NCBI GenBank assembly: GCA_964016885.1
Contig: OZ024740.1
Span: 167,276,001-167,340,000 of the forward strand
Direction: 5' to 3'
Length of the DNA stretch: 64,000 nucleotides
Source: Eledone cirrhosa
Lineage: Eukaryota
A program made the position numbers and the translations under genes. The notes under the pieces were generated by a model, which saw only the letters and a program-made list of their open reading frames with translations, searched no databases and was not told where the DNA came from. Below, piece after piece: positions 41,145 to 54,900 of the stretch (positions within the stretch are counted from its first letter, which is position 1; every line of letters starts with the position of its first letter).

Positions 41145-42279
41145 AATATAGATTCAGCGAGAATCGCATTTCTGAGGGTAGGAAAGGCGAAACGAAACGC
41201 AATATATATATTTATATACATATATATACATATATATACCAATAATATTAGTGATACGCGTTTTGATTCTGTTGAATGGCTTAAGATCCGGTAGTAAATG
41301 AATACCTTTTGCTCGGCTAAACACAATCGTTACCGATAATGATGATACCCAGGACGATAATATTGATAGTGGTTGAGATGATGATATTCGTCACTGATGG
41401 TTATAGTTTTCTTGAATTTATATGTAGGCACTGCTACCTCGGTGGATGATGGTTGTAGAGAGTTTGGGTGACTGTTATCTTTGTTTCAGTCACAGAATTG
41501 ATAGTACATGTTTGGTTGATGACTGTTTGCATCATTTTAAAAGTAGGCTTCACTTTTCTCACTCATTTCCTTTCGTGTTTTCTTAAACCCCCCACCCCCA
41601 CCCTCACCTCTCTATTTCAATTTACCTATGTACGGGTACATATCTTTCTAACTATCTAACTATCCATTTATCTAGATCTATCAATCTATCTCTAAAAGCT
41701 CAATTGACATGGCGATAATCCTGATGCGTATTTAACGTTCAGGTACCAGAGGAGAAGTTTAATATCTGATTGTATTTAGCCCCAGTTGATTCCTGTTTGG
41801 GAAGGTTTATGGCCAAATATTTTTCCACTGTAGCTCTCCCGCATTTTCTTAAATATGGCACACGAAGAATAATAACGTTCATTACATATACACTCAGGAA
41901 TAAGACGGCCACTCTCTGCCAGGTTTGTCGTCGAGCCTGAGTGAGTGGAGACTTTCGTTGGTCTAGGCCCTCAGACCATATCTCGACTCAGTGATATCAG
42001 AGTTGTGTTGTCTACAAGCATGAGCGAGTCCCGTGAGTTGGTACGGCTGTTCCAATGCGTTCCCTCCTCGTCCTCCTGAGAAATGTCTTATTCAATCTGT
42101 CAGCACGAACCGGTCTAACCCGTAAACATGGTGAAAACATGCAACATCCTTGAAAAAAGTAAAATTACAGAAATTATTACTGGCATTGTAACCGTAAACT
42201 ACAATTGCATAGAATATTTACTCTGTACAGGATAACACCATTTTAACCGGAGATCCCATCTCAATGTATAGTAAGTTAT

Positions 42280-43680
42280 CATTTGAACGTAATTCGGCTT
42301 ATATTTCTTGAAGATCCTGTGATTATATATATCATATAGCACAAGAAAAATGAACATATAGCTTACACTTGATTATTTATATCACTATATGACCACAGAC
42401 ATCTTCATTGCATCTTCTTTAAAAAGCGGATGGACAATTATTCCTCTAGTTTCAGACATGATCTACAAACAAATTAGGTTATCATGTTGATATCGTTTGG
42501 AAAAGATAAATATTAATTTGAAATCTAATTTTAATGATTTTGTTCTCGATGTCATAAATAAAAAGAATATACCTCTAGGGAACATTAACTAACTTTGATT
42601 GGCATTTAGGACAGGCGATAGTGTTGCAAGTTTTCTTGTTAACACGGGGTTTGTAGATATCATGGTATCAATGAAAAACATTGTACCAAAGACCATCCCC
42701 AAATGATATATATAGTTGTGAATACATTGTTGTAATGTGTAGGTTTTTCATTAAAAAAAAACACGTTAACAGATGAATTTCGAAAGTTTTATGTTTCGTT
42801 TATTTACATCACTATCTATTTTCCAATGTTTAGGAAAGTCCGTAGGATTTCTGATAGAATGGTCTGTAATTTTTGTTCAGTTTCACATAGCACTGCATTT
42901 AAATCCCACTTTATCTATTACCGGGTTTTTAGATCCTGGTTCAATTTCAATCTAGGTGTCCCTTACAAAGGAAATTCCCTCGACCATAAAGAACACCGTC
43001 TAGTGAACCAGAAATTGAAGCCACAGGTCCATCATGGACAGACCGACAAACAATTGTGAACGAACTGAATTCAGAGCACGATCACTTTGTGTTATATTAG
43101 CAGGGACTCTCGGCTTCCAGTCTTCCAGCCTTCAGCCATCAAATGAAGGGAGGTAGACGTAAAAGTCAGTCTCAATATCTTCAATTCGGTATTCGTGACA
43201 ACCCTTACTTATTGTCATGCACTTTTGGTAATGACAGAAAGTATACGATCGTGTATACAAGCGACTGAAATGGGGATCTTCCATTTGGTCTTTTGAGTAA
43301 AGTTACTCGACAGAGTGAATAATTCAGAGATTAGATATTCTTTCCAGAAGAAGAAATATAGGAATTGATACGAGATTGAGTGATATTCATGCAAATTCTC
43401 ACACTTACCTTTGATAAAATTACTTCGTGACCATCGGATACTAGAAATAAGTCGCTAATCATATGATTCCAGTTCCTCAGAGAAATAACGACCCAACCAG
43501 GAGCTGGACATATCGGAGTATTGACGGAGTAAAACACTTTAACAACATGTGTACCTGTCTCTACCACGCCAATTCGGACTGCCTGAAGAGGTCACAGCCA
43601 ATGATGGCTGTCACCGAAATATATATAGCAGTACATCTTTAATAAACGAAGCCAAATTTTAAATATTTGACTTAATTATT
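42280..43680 (-). mobile_element. Possible very decayed Penelope-like element with an oppositely oriented ribozyme-bearing terminal repeat
   Basis: Only short minus-strand patches (LPKVH, FVRDT, IFKKYKPN) resemble PLE RT and C-terminal motifs. A hammerhead on + at 43578-43632 is followed by AATAAA and (TA)n. Confidence 0.4.
43578..43632 (+). ncRNA. Type I hammerhead ribozyme motif with a palindromic stem III loop
   Basis: actgc-CTGAAGA-ggtcacagcca(atga)tggctgtcacc-GAAA-tatata-TA-gcagt. Stem I is 5 bp and stem II pairs at 10 of 11 positions. Confidence 0.8.
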
Positions 43681-43799
43681 TTATTTTATATATATATATA
43701 TATATTTCTACCTGAAGTTGCGCCCGACAGATAGTATTAGCAATTAGATAGTATTAGCAATTGTTTCCTCGGTCCGATTTCACGGAAGTCGATTGACTG

Positions 43800-43845
<46 letters not shown>

Positions 43846-44647
43846 TATTCGTATCTTTATACAACCTCTTAAAAATCAATAATCATCATTAACAACCTTT
43901 AGAATAGTATCATCATCGTCGTTGCCGTCGATATCATAAACATCATCATCATCTTCGTAATCGTCTTTGTGGTCGTCATCGCTGTCGGCTTCTTCCTCGT
44001 CTCTTCTACTATCACTAACTACTATCATTATCATCATCATCATCATATTTTGTCGGACAGCAGCAGGGAAGAATAAATTAGATGCTAGGTTTTATCATAT
44101 AATATGAACTTTCATTTATTAGATATTACGAGCAAAAATTGTAGAACACATGCATTTTACTATTTACTTTGGAATAATACAAGGCTTGAAGTATGTAAAT
44201 TTGGCAAATTTTCTCTGTTGGATTCTCTCCAGAAATCTAGTGAGCAAGCTGAGATCACATTAGGATTTATTAGCTGTGGCTGCGTGCAATCACAGTTCAG
44301 ATGGGAGGGGTATTACACAATGTTTATTCTGTTTACAGGCTTTCCATTTATTTCTAAGGCACTTAACAATAAGCTCAGTATATGGGTTAAATTGGTGGTG
44401 GGGTGGTGGTATTGGTGGTGTTTGTGAATGTGAAATTTCGGGCCTTGATTTTCAAGTTTTGCTTAGCTCCGAAAATACTTTTTTTCTCTAGATCCTCCCA
44501 ACTTAATTTTATATTGTTTTTTTTTTTTAGATAATCACTGCAGGCCAGAAGTAATTGATTGTAAGCCAGCATATACCGAAAGTCAAATCCTCTTTCTCTT
44601 TTTCTTGAAATAGAAAATTGAAGAAGGAAGAGAAAGTCGGAGATAAA

Positions 44648-44752
<105 letters not shown>

Positions 44753-45900
44753 AGAGAGAGAGAAAGAGAGAGGGGGTGGAGAGGGAGAGAGTAAATGAAT
44801 ATAGATAAATGTAGTAATGCTGCACTACGTCTTAAAATAGACAGGATAATATTGATCGCAAGTAAAGAATATTGGTTAACAAATAGATGACTGGTTCGTC
44901 ATAGCAATCACAAGGAATGTTTCGAATTTTTGTATAAGAATAAGACAAATGATTGAACAGAATCTGTATGCGAAAAGAAGTTATAGAAAAAAGTGGAATA
45001 CTTCCAAATTTAATGCGTGATATTAAGTTGAGTTTCGATGTTTTTTAATGCGTTATAGGGAATATTTCGGAAATAACGCTGAAACTAAATATTGAGAAAA
45101 ATCTTTAGAAAAGTTCTTAAAAGTATGTTATTTAATACATTGAAAATGTACGAATATGAACATAAAAAATGGAATATAGTGATACAACTGAACCCCTCTG
45201 GTATTAATATGGTGTACTGTGAGAAGACGTCATCGAACTAAAGGTAATCCCTGGAATGTTAAAGTTACGAATCCCTTTTGTTTCTTAGTTCAAAATCAAA
45301 CAAATAACTTAGAGCTTCAAAGCTTTGTAAGATAAGTGTGAATCTGACAACCTCCAAACTGCAACACATGAGACGTTGTACCGTATCAAGAAACAAATCG
45401 ATATTAACAGCCACACAAGGAGCCTCAAGTTGGTCGTTGTAACTGTTAAACATGAAAACAAAATTCACCCACAAATCATTACCTACAAATGGGGCTGAGT
45501 CATATTAATCGTTTAATAACATAATTATTTTCGATTCAATATAGCGTCTCAGAAAAATCACTTGGCAGACAAATGCACCTCCGAATTATTGTTTTTTATA
45601 TCAACAATACTACATGAAATTAAAATGCATTTGTATTTGAATCTAAAACTTTCAAATATACAGACATCACCCACATTCTATTCCTGCGGCCAACGCTTCC
45701 TCAAAATATACTAATGATAACAGTTAGTATCAGGACGGCAACATTCTATGCCAGGGCTGATGAAGACAATATTCAATAGTATAATGCATTGTTTTGGTGC
45801 TTCATTGTTATATCGATGCCCATTGTTTAAAAACTATCTTGTAGAGTTAATTTGATTTGACAATGTTGGTGGAGAAAATCGCATAATCTAAGTCCAGTCC

Positions 45901-46578
45901 TAAATTGCCTGTATTCAAATTTCGATAAGATTTCAAACAGGCTTTTCTTCTCTAATGCATTTTACCAGTTGTCATGTCATGACATCATATGACAATGTAT
46001 GCTGGAAACATTTAAGAACAATGCCTATGCTCTTAGGTAGATGAAATTAGAAACTTGCTGATTTACATTTGATGACATTTCTCTCTGTTATATATATCCT
46101 TAGGAAACACATATACTTGGAAACATCGTAGTTTTACCTTTTCTAAACGTCCTCTCGTTTCCGTATATATAGGTTGATTAAAACAACAATGACAGCGGAA
46201 TACCGAACAAGAGGCATCACACTGCGTTTAAAACATGGTAATTGTTCACCGCCTTGTTAACGCAATGTGATGCATCTTGTTCGGTATTCCGCTGCCTCTG
46301 TTGTTTTAATCAACCTATATATACGGAAACGAAGGACGTTTAGAAAAGGTAAAACTACGATGTTTCCAAGTATATGTGTTTCCTAAGGATATTTATAACA
46401 GAGAGAAATGTCATCAAATGTAAATCAGCAAGTTTCTAATTTCATCTACCTAAGAGCATAGGCATTGTTCTTAAATGTTTCCAGCTGTACATCATATGAT
46501 GTCATGACAACCGGTAAGATGCATTAGAGAAGAAAAACCTGTTTGAAATCTTATCGAAATTTGAATACAGGCAATTTA
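45901..46578. repeat. Long near-perfect inverted repeat (arms 45901-46228 and 46259-46578, 30-bp spacer)
   Basis: The arms are reverse complements, from taaattgcctgtattc/gaatacaggcaattta inward to gcgtt/aacgc, with only scattered mismatches and small indels. Confidence 0.92.
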
Positions 46579-49500
46579 TTGAAAGAACAAGTACCGCTTT
46601 TTTACTGATAGATTGTTCATCTCAACATTCAGATTTAAAATTTGCCAATGCGAAATCAATATTATGAAAATGTGAAAATATTTTATTATAGTACAATTAC
46701 TTTCAATTGAATGTTATATAAATTTGCGGGAAAAGTTTACGTAGAAAATACAAAACAAAACAACTATACCAAAGAAAGTCTTTGAAAAAAATATCATTTA
46801 AATTATATCTTCGTTGCTCAGCTTCCATAAATATGTCTATGTCCTTTTTTTTTATATTTTCTCTTTTGGCATTTAGAGAGCGGTGGACTGAATTATTTTG
46901 TCTTTTTAGTTCCTGAATTTACGTTCTGAATTGACTCTATGCTCTCGACAAGCACACTGGAAAAATATCGAATAGTTCGCTAGTGTCTCTCGAAGAGATG
47001 TCAATTGATACTATACTAACAATGGGACAGGATATCTTTGTAAATGATGATCTAAAGTTGTTTGTTAGATTACATCAGGATATATGAATATATTTACATG
47101 AGATATTCATTATTGTTGATCAAACAAAGAAGGTTGTAATTAATCTAATCACAATAATTATGATTTGAAACCTATGGACAAGGTTACATATTATTTCGAA
47201 AAAAACATTTGACTAAATAATCCCATATCTTGACAATTGCTTCTTGTATTGGTCCTGGGAGGAAAATATGCAAAGTGGATCGCAGTGGAATTTGATATTA
47301 GAAAGGAATAGCAGCACCGACACTTCACGAAACATATTCTCTGTGAAATCTTATGATTGTAGCAATCTCCCTACAATAATTTTAAAAAGGTTTCTGACAT
47401 AGCCTCACGTTCACACATTCGGGACGAGTGAACTGTTTATTTTATAAATCATAATGAAAAAGATATATTCGATCTCGGCAGAACTTCAATCAAATGGGCT
47501 GTAATTAAATATTACTCAGCAAATTTTTCCGTTGCTTTGTCGGTAAAAATTCAGCTAATAGTTTTGTAGCTGTTGATTATTTCAGTATATATAGTGAATG
47601 AAAGAGATGACGAAAGCGTCATGTGTCGGACTAAATACCTCCCAATATTGAGTGATTGCAAGTCTCCCCGCTCATTTCTTTAAAATTTGTCTTGTCATTC
47701 TAGAGCTTATTAGCACCAGTAATGTACTGATATTGAGGTAAATAGCTGTAATGTAGTATCTCCTTAGAAATGAGTTCTCATAAGCAAAACATGGCTATTT
47801 GCTTAAAACTCGTGGTTTCGTGTTTGATCCTACAGCTCAGTAATATAGCATGCATTTTCTGCTATGAGACCAACTGCAAAAGCCCGCCAGATGGTCGGTA
47901 TCCGTTTTGGCGTGGAAGATATAAACTATCACCCGTTTTAGCATCATTCTCCGGCTAGTGTGAAGGTGTAGAGGACTTCACTCTATTATGTCTCTAATTA
48001 AACGATAATGCAAGAATTGTTGTTCATTCATTACATTTACCTACCAATCTCCTGGGTGACAGCACTTCTCGTCTAGGTCATAAGAAACGGAATTCAGTTA
48101 CCAATTGAAAGGAATTTCTTTTGTTTATGACTCATGCATAGAATATAATACTGATGGTGTTAGATTGAAAGAATCATTCGAGCATCAACGAAAAGTACCA
48201 GTCAAGTACTGAAGTCGATTTAATTGCACTGTCAATCTCCTTCAAAATGTAATGTGCCAGACTAGAACGCATGAACTTAAATTCACATTTTACGATGTGT
48301 TCTAAGCGACATAAGAAGTGACACGCCGTTGGAGTACGATATTATCTTATTAATATTATCGCTAAAAACATTCTTTCTTACCGCAAACAAACACATTATT
48401 ATTCAGTCACACATACATACAACACTCTTGTTTTAAATGGGCTCCAATATAAAACAAGATAACCCTAAAGAAAAATATAACTACGCTACAATTATGTTTT
48501 GTTTCTAGTAAAAAGCCTTGGTTGATTCTAACTATGCAAGCAATTAAAATTAACAACTAACTCCATTTTTTTTAATGAAGTAGCATATTCAAACTGTCGA
48601 GAAACATTATAGTTATTTATGGTCCCTGACTTATGACTGGAGTGTAAAACTGTCAATAACATCGACACACTCAATAAAGTTGCTCGCTTTATAGGAAGGG
48701 AAAATGTGGGAAAGTGTTTGACGTTTTGTTCAATGTCAATGGTATTTTTATTTTGCCCTGAACTATTTTTATATGTCTTGTGTTAAAAACAGGGAATACA
48801 TGTACAGACACCCTTTCTATCACTCACACTCTCATTCTGCCTTCATATCTATGTGTATTTCTCTATTTCATTCACTCCTCTTTATTTCTTTATTGCAATA
48901 GTTCGACAGTTGTTTCTATTTTTCTGGAATCATACTCCCTTTTTATGTTTTGTTTTCGTCTCCAATGTTTCTATAATTGCATCCTTTGTCGTATTTCTTT
49001 CTCTCTTCACACACTTAAATGTTTATACACACACAAGTAAACACGCACACATGCACATACTTAAATCAGCACAGACATTGGCGAAGCAGGCAAAAATCCA
49101 GAGTAACAATAATTACTATTTAGCCTTAATAAAATGAATATTGTATATGTGTATGGGGATGTAGGGGGAAGGCTTGCGCGTGTCTGTTCCTGTGCATGTA
49201 TGTGTGTACATGTGTGTGTGTACACATATACATAAATAGAATACATTGAGTGCACCCATGATAACTACCTACAAACAGAGTATTGATAAATATGCATATA
49301 TGAAGAACCATACACACTCAAAAATAAATATTTGTACGATATGATACGTATAAAAAAAAATATGTGTTCTTTCGTACAGAATACTATCAGTGTCTTTCTG
49401 TGTGTATCTGTGCTGGCTCGTGTTTGTACGTTTGGACGAATAAAAGTCGTAACAGGTTACCTCTGACGAATGTCTACTTACAAACTTCTAACAAGATATC

Positions 49501-49819
49501 CTGGCTAGTATTTTGTCTTTTTTCTTTAAAATCCATTTTATAATTCTGTCCAACAGCAAACATCGTTATCTTCATCATCAACATCATTATTATTATTATT
49601 ATTATTGAATGCCATGGTTGACGGAGGCTCGGCTCTGTAAGGTATAGTAATTTTTAACCGTTAAAACAATTGTAAATTGTTTAAAACTTGAACCAAATTG
49701 TTGATAAAGACACCCTCCTCCTCGTGAGAGGGGTCTTTCTGTCCGTTATTTGGCCCTTCGGGGTTAAATAACCAGTTATTGGGGTTTTGTACCCAAAATT
49801 TCATTTTAAACAAAAAAAC

Positions 49820-51913
49820 ATGGCTACCAAAAAGAAATTTCATACGTCACTCCCACTCATTCCGTCTTCTTCTTCCTCAATCATCACTACAGCAGAGAGA
49901 AGATTGTCTCTCTCCCTCCCTTCTTTAAATGTGTCTCTCTCCCTCCCTTCTCTTTCGCAAGCGACGAAAGAAAAGAAAAGTCTCGTGCAAAGCGTGCAAG
50001 GTTTCTCCACGACGACGACGACAGCGACGAAACAGGTGTGCGGGAAATACGAAAACCCAGTTCATTCGTCTGACGTCAGGAATAATAGCAGTAGCAGCCG
50101 TAATAACAACAGCAACAGTGACAATGAAAACAACAGTAGCAGCCGCAACAGCATCACCAGCAGCATAAACAACAACAGCATTATCAGCAGCAACACCAAC
50201 AACAACCACAGCAACAGCGGCGGAGGCAGTAGTCGTAGTACCTGCAGCAACAAAAGTACCAGCAGCTCTGACGACAACAACAACAGCAGAGAAAAACCAA
50301 TCTCATTTGCAGGTATTGCGAAAAACTTGGAAACAATCCTCATAACAAATGAGGAATTAGAGGAAGCGAAGAAGATGGTGACAAAGAACGGACACCGAGC
50401 AATCTGCAAGGCAGCGAAAAATTTTTTCGAAACCCAAGAGCACTGTACGGTCACGTACCGTACAGTAAGTACAAAATCCCGTAGGGTGGAAAGAGCCACA
50501 GAGGCCCAAATACAAAAAGCCTTGGGGTCTGTGTGGCAGAGGAAAACGCACATCACCCGAGGCAAAAAATACGCCACCGTAGACGTACTTTTTGCCACAC
50601 CCCAGGAGGCAAAGGCCCAATCAGTAGTGACCCTAAGGAGCGAGGAAATGGTGTTGGTGCCCTCCTACTGCGGGCAAAAAATTGTGAGGGTCAAACTGAC
50701 CCACGTCCCCCCCGGAATGACCCCTTCTTGGCTGGCCGCGTCTGTCCTCGTCGGAATCGAGGACAAAACAACTGTACTGCAAGTACAGAAAAAAGTAAGA
50801 GAAGATTGGGTCGGCTCCTCCATTGAGATGCTAATCCAAACCAACCAGGAGTGCATCGAAGCTATCCCGGATGTGATAGACTTCGATAACGGCACTCAAC
50901 TGCCCATAAGTGTTGAGGGCAAACGCCCGAAATGCTTTCGCTGTGGATCGAAGACTCACCTCAGGGCCTTCTGCAACGAGAAGACCCTGAGAAAGGAGAA
51001 AACCCCCCTCCTTCCGAATCCGGCTCCACGGCTACCAGCAACAGGACAAGCGGCAACCAGGAACGATAGGTCCGTGGCACCCATACCCACGCCACGGAAA
51101 TCAAAAACAGCAGCAGCAGTGGAAATATTAACAACAACAACAGCAATACCAAATGCAGCTGCAACAGAGACTCCAGTGCAAACATCACCAACAACAACAA
51201 GTGAAAGAGTGGAGCTGGTACCCCTCCCCGACCTCACAGAATCAGACATGGAGTGTGAGGTGGGAGAGGGATGGCAAAAGGTCGCAAGAAGGCACAAACG
51301 CAGAAGCAGCGCATCGTCGCCTTTGAAAAGGGAGGAAAGAAATGAGAAAAGGGTAAAGTCTACTGCAAAGAGACCCACAGCAGCAACAACACCAACACCA
51401 TCACCACCCACACTAGCACCACCATCACCACCGGCGACAACCCCACCGCCAACAACACCTTCAACTCCACCACCACAAGCACCAACATCGCAAACACAAC
51501 AACAAAACACACACACCCAGCAACAACGACAAGAAAATAGCAGAACCACACCCCACCCCCAGAAAAACAAATGCACGGCAATAAATACACACAACAAGAA
51601 ACTAATGACTTACATAATTGAACACACAGACATTTCACAACAGGACTACATAATACCAGCACCAATCAAAACGCCAACTAACATAAGACTGCTAAAAATA
51701 GCACAGAAACAATACACAAACATTAAAACGAAATTCCCCAACGCAGTTGGTGATTTCAGGGACCTAGGAGGAACCATCAATCGAAGAGTATACTCAGACA
51801 TTCTCTTAGAAGAGCCGACGACCAGCCGAAGGGACGATTCAACGGTCCCTTCACCAGACGATCAAGTGAAAAGGGATGTAAAAACCATCCCTCCTCTACC
51901 AAAAGTACGGTAA
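49820..51913 (+). CDS. Tx1-like ORF1 nucleic-acid-binding (gag-like) protein, ~697 aa from the first ATG
   Basis: Open frame 49787-51913, with the first ATG at 49820 (aacATGg). Contains a CX2CX4HX4C zinc knuckle (CFRCGSKTHLRAFC), Ser/Asn- and Pro/Thr-rich low-complexity segments and a basic patch (WQKVARRHKRR). Lies directly upstream of the APE-RT ORF. Confidence 0.85.
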   Translation: MATKKKFHTSLPLIPSSSSSIITTAERRLSLSLPSLNVSLSLPSLSQATKEKKSLVQSVQGFSTTTTTATKQVCGKYENPVHSSDVRNNSSSSRNNNSNSDNENNSSSRNSITSSINNNSIISSNTNNNHSNSGGGSSRSTCSNKSTSSSDDNNNSREKPISFAGIAKNLETILITNEELEEAKKMVTKNGHRAICKAAKNFFETQEHCTVTYRTVSTKSRRVERATEAQIQKALGSVWQRKTHITRGKKYATVDVLFATPQEAKAQSVVTLRSEEMVLVPSYCGQKIVRVKLTHVPPGMTPSWLAASVLVGIEDKTTVLQVQKKVREDWVGSSIEMLIQTNQECIEAIPDVIDFDNGTQLPISVEGKRPKCFRCGSKTHLRAFCNEKTLRKEKTPLLPNPAPRLPATGQAATRNDRSVAPIPTPRKSKTAAAVEILTTTTAIPNAAATETPVQTSPTTTSERVELVPLPDLTESDMECEVGEGWQKVARRHKRRSSASSPLKREERNEKRVKSTAKRPTAATTPTPSPPTLAPPSPPATTPPPTTPSTPPPQAPTSQTQQQNTHTQQQRQENSRTTPHPQKNKCTAINTHNKKLMTYIIEHTDISQQDYIIPAPIKTPTNIRLLKIAQKQYTNIKTKFPNAVGDFRDLGGTINRRVYSDILLEEPTTSRRDDSTVPSPDDQVKRDVKTIPPLPKVR

Positions 51914-51948
51914 GTGGTCTTTCCCATCTTTTCCACTCTATTTTAAAC

Positions 51949-54900
51949 ATGACCTCACTCAGAATAGGCAGCATAAATGCGCGTGGCTTGGGGTCGTCAT
52001 GGAAGCAGGGTCACCTGCTCAACGACCTCAGGTCACTAAACATAGATGTAGTGGCCATCAGCGAGACCAGAATCTCCGAAGCACGGGCCTTCGTACCGAT
52101 CTTCGGCGGCTACGATGTGTACGCATCTCCCAGCCGTCCTGGATCGGGTGGAGGAGTTGCTGTGCTTTTTCGGAGAGGTTTGGATCTCGCCATACGGGCC
52201 ATCTTCCTGGACCCAGAGGGTAAGCTGGTGGTGCTGGACGTGACCAGCGGAGACGGGCAAGCTTTCAGGCTAGTGGCCGTCTATGCCCCGACAGGAGCAG
52301 GGCGGCCTGATTTCTTCCGGCGTCTGGAGACCTTTCTTGGAACGTCCCGCTCTTTAGTGTTAGTGGGCGACTGGAACGGGATCTTAGATGCACGCTGGGA
52401 CTGTGTGGGATTAGCGGATAGGGGTGGAGGGTGCAAGAGCCTCACCAACCTGCTCAGGCGTTTTGAACTGTCTGACAGGTACCGATTGGATTTCCCGAAT
52501 GTGCCAATGTGGACTTGGACAAACCGCATAGGGTCATCCAGATCATATCTAGATAGAGTATTTTGTAGGGAAATAGATAGGTCTAGCATAGGCTGTCCAC
52601 AATTCAAGATAGTCAGCTACACGGACCACAAATTCGTGATCTGTGTGCTTGACTTAGATAGGCTTCATAGACGAGGACCCGGCTACTGGAAGCTAAACGC
52701 GTCCTTACCAGCGCGCAAGGCCTACAGAGACCGGATTAGCGAACTAGTTAAGCGGGCGTTGACGGGGGCCATCGTCAACAACAAGTGGTGGTTTGCTCTG
52801 AAAAGAGCGATTAGAATAGAATCGATTAGGTTTAGTAAGGCTTTAGCAATAGAGAAAAATAGAGCAGAGGGAGAACTAGTTAGAAAATTAGACGAGGCGC
52901 TTAGCAAAGGCATTGCGACCGACGTGCTTGCGGCGAAATTGGCCCTTGACCAATTCTTCAATGCAAAGCACGAAGGCTGCGTTGTCAGAGCTAGGGTGCG
53001 TGCTCTCAGACACGAGGGGACGAAAGCCGTTCAATGGGCCCGAGTGGCGGAGGCGCGTCGTGGCAACAAAGCCACGATCCGGTCTTTGGTGGACCACGAC
53101 GGGCGCATGCTACTCGATCCCGGGCAAATGTGTGAAGCTTTTCAGCGACACTTCGCTCAGCTGTTCGGGGGCAGCGGGGGGCCGGGTAGAGGGATGGACT
53201 TTAGTGTCTACCTCGACGGACTGCCGCGGCTCTCGGCCACTGAGGCGAAGTGTTGCGAAAAGCCGATAACAGCCGCTGAAGTAAGGGAGGCAATGACTGG
53301 CTGCACAAGGGGTAAATCGCCTGGTTTGGATGGTCTGCCCTATGAACTTTACGTACAGATGCCAGACTTGTTCGGAGGCCTCTTGGCGGACGTCTACTGC
53401 AACTGGCAACAGAACGGGAGAATTCCCAGTTCTGTGAGCCGAGGAGCGGTGGCACTGCTGAGAAAGGATCCGAACAAGGGGGATAACATAGACAATTTCC
53501 GGCCCATAACTCTGCTAAACACAGAGTTTAAGATTTTGGCCAAGGTGCTAGCAAAGAGGTTGGCGCTTGTCGTTGGTGGTCTGGTGGGAGAGGCGCAGAC
53601 ATGCGCCATTCCCGACAGATCCATCCACGACAACCTCCACCTCATGCGATACATCGTAGAGAGGGTAGCTAGGGAACCTGGCACGGGTGGGTCCTTGATC
53701 AATTTAGATCAGTCGAAAGCTTTCGATAGGGTCGACCATCGTTACCTAGCGGCAGTCCTGAGGGCGGCTGGCTTTGGGCCCGTCTTCAGAGGCTGGATCG
53801 CTGCCATGCACAGCGACATCTGCTCTGTGGTGAGAGTGAACGGTCACCTGTCGGAACCGTTCAACATCATGCGCTCGGTCCGCCAAGGATGTCCCCTCTC
53901 GTCCCTCTTGTACGTATTGACTCTCGAGCCATTACTGCACAAACTGGAGACGTTGAGGGGAGTCCCGCGCGAACTAGGATGCGGAAGATCCGTGTCAGCA
54001 TATGCGGACGATGTCACCGTAGTGGTGTCGAACGCCAAACACATCGAGGCGATCGGCACTACACTAAGAGAATACGAAGCGGTGACAGGAGCAATGATCA
54101 ACCAGGAAAAGTCAGTGGGCCTGCAGCTCGGCACCTGGAGAGGCAGGTCCATGCCGTCCAACAGCGTCGTCGGGCGCTGGACGGACGGACCGGTTAAATT
54201 GCTAGGGGTCTGGTTCGGTCCGGACCTCCAGACGGACAAAAACTGGGACGAGGTGACGAGCAGGGTGGCTTCTCTCACCCAGAAATGGGCGGAGAGGAAG
54301 CTATCCCTGAAAGGTCGAGCGGAGGTGGCTAACGCGTACATCGCGTCTGTCATCTGCTACCGCCTAACCGTCGTACCTTGTCCTAAGCCTCGCCTGACTG
54401 CGCTGGAGCGTTTGCTCTTTCGCTTTTTGTGGAAGGGACGTGCTCCGATGGTCAGGCGGTCCATCTGTTGTCAACACCCGCTACGTGGAGGGCTGGGCAT
54501 GCCGTGGCTGATGATGCGCAGGCACGCGCTCAGGCTACGACATCTCCACCTCTTCCTCGACGGTGATCAGGTGTGGTCGCCGTTTGCTAGACGCGTTTTT
54601 CCCCAGCTCGTTTCCTTGACGGAGCTGCAGTCCTGGGTCAAGCAAAGACCGAGAGGGAGCGCCTGGAGACTGGAATGTCTTCAGGCGCTCACAGCCCTCG
54701 ACCAATCGGGCAATGTGATCGGTGGAAACTCCACCTCGGCGTTCTATAGAGGATTAGTGGAGGGGAAGAGCGACGACGTACTTGGGGAAACTCTAGGCGT
54801 CGACGAAAATCAACTAGCCAATCTCTTCGGAAGAACTTTCGGGCCAGGGCCTATGGACAACTTCCAGAAATCTCTGGCCTGGCAGTGCTACCGAGGAGCC

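Noticed and set aside
49706-49738. ctc-ctcctcgt-gag resembling the P3/L3 of an HDV-like ribozyme in the Tx1 leader
   Set aside because: No separate P1/P2 pseudoknot, no GG junction and no P4/catalytic C could be placed. It folds as a simple hairpin.
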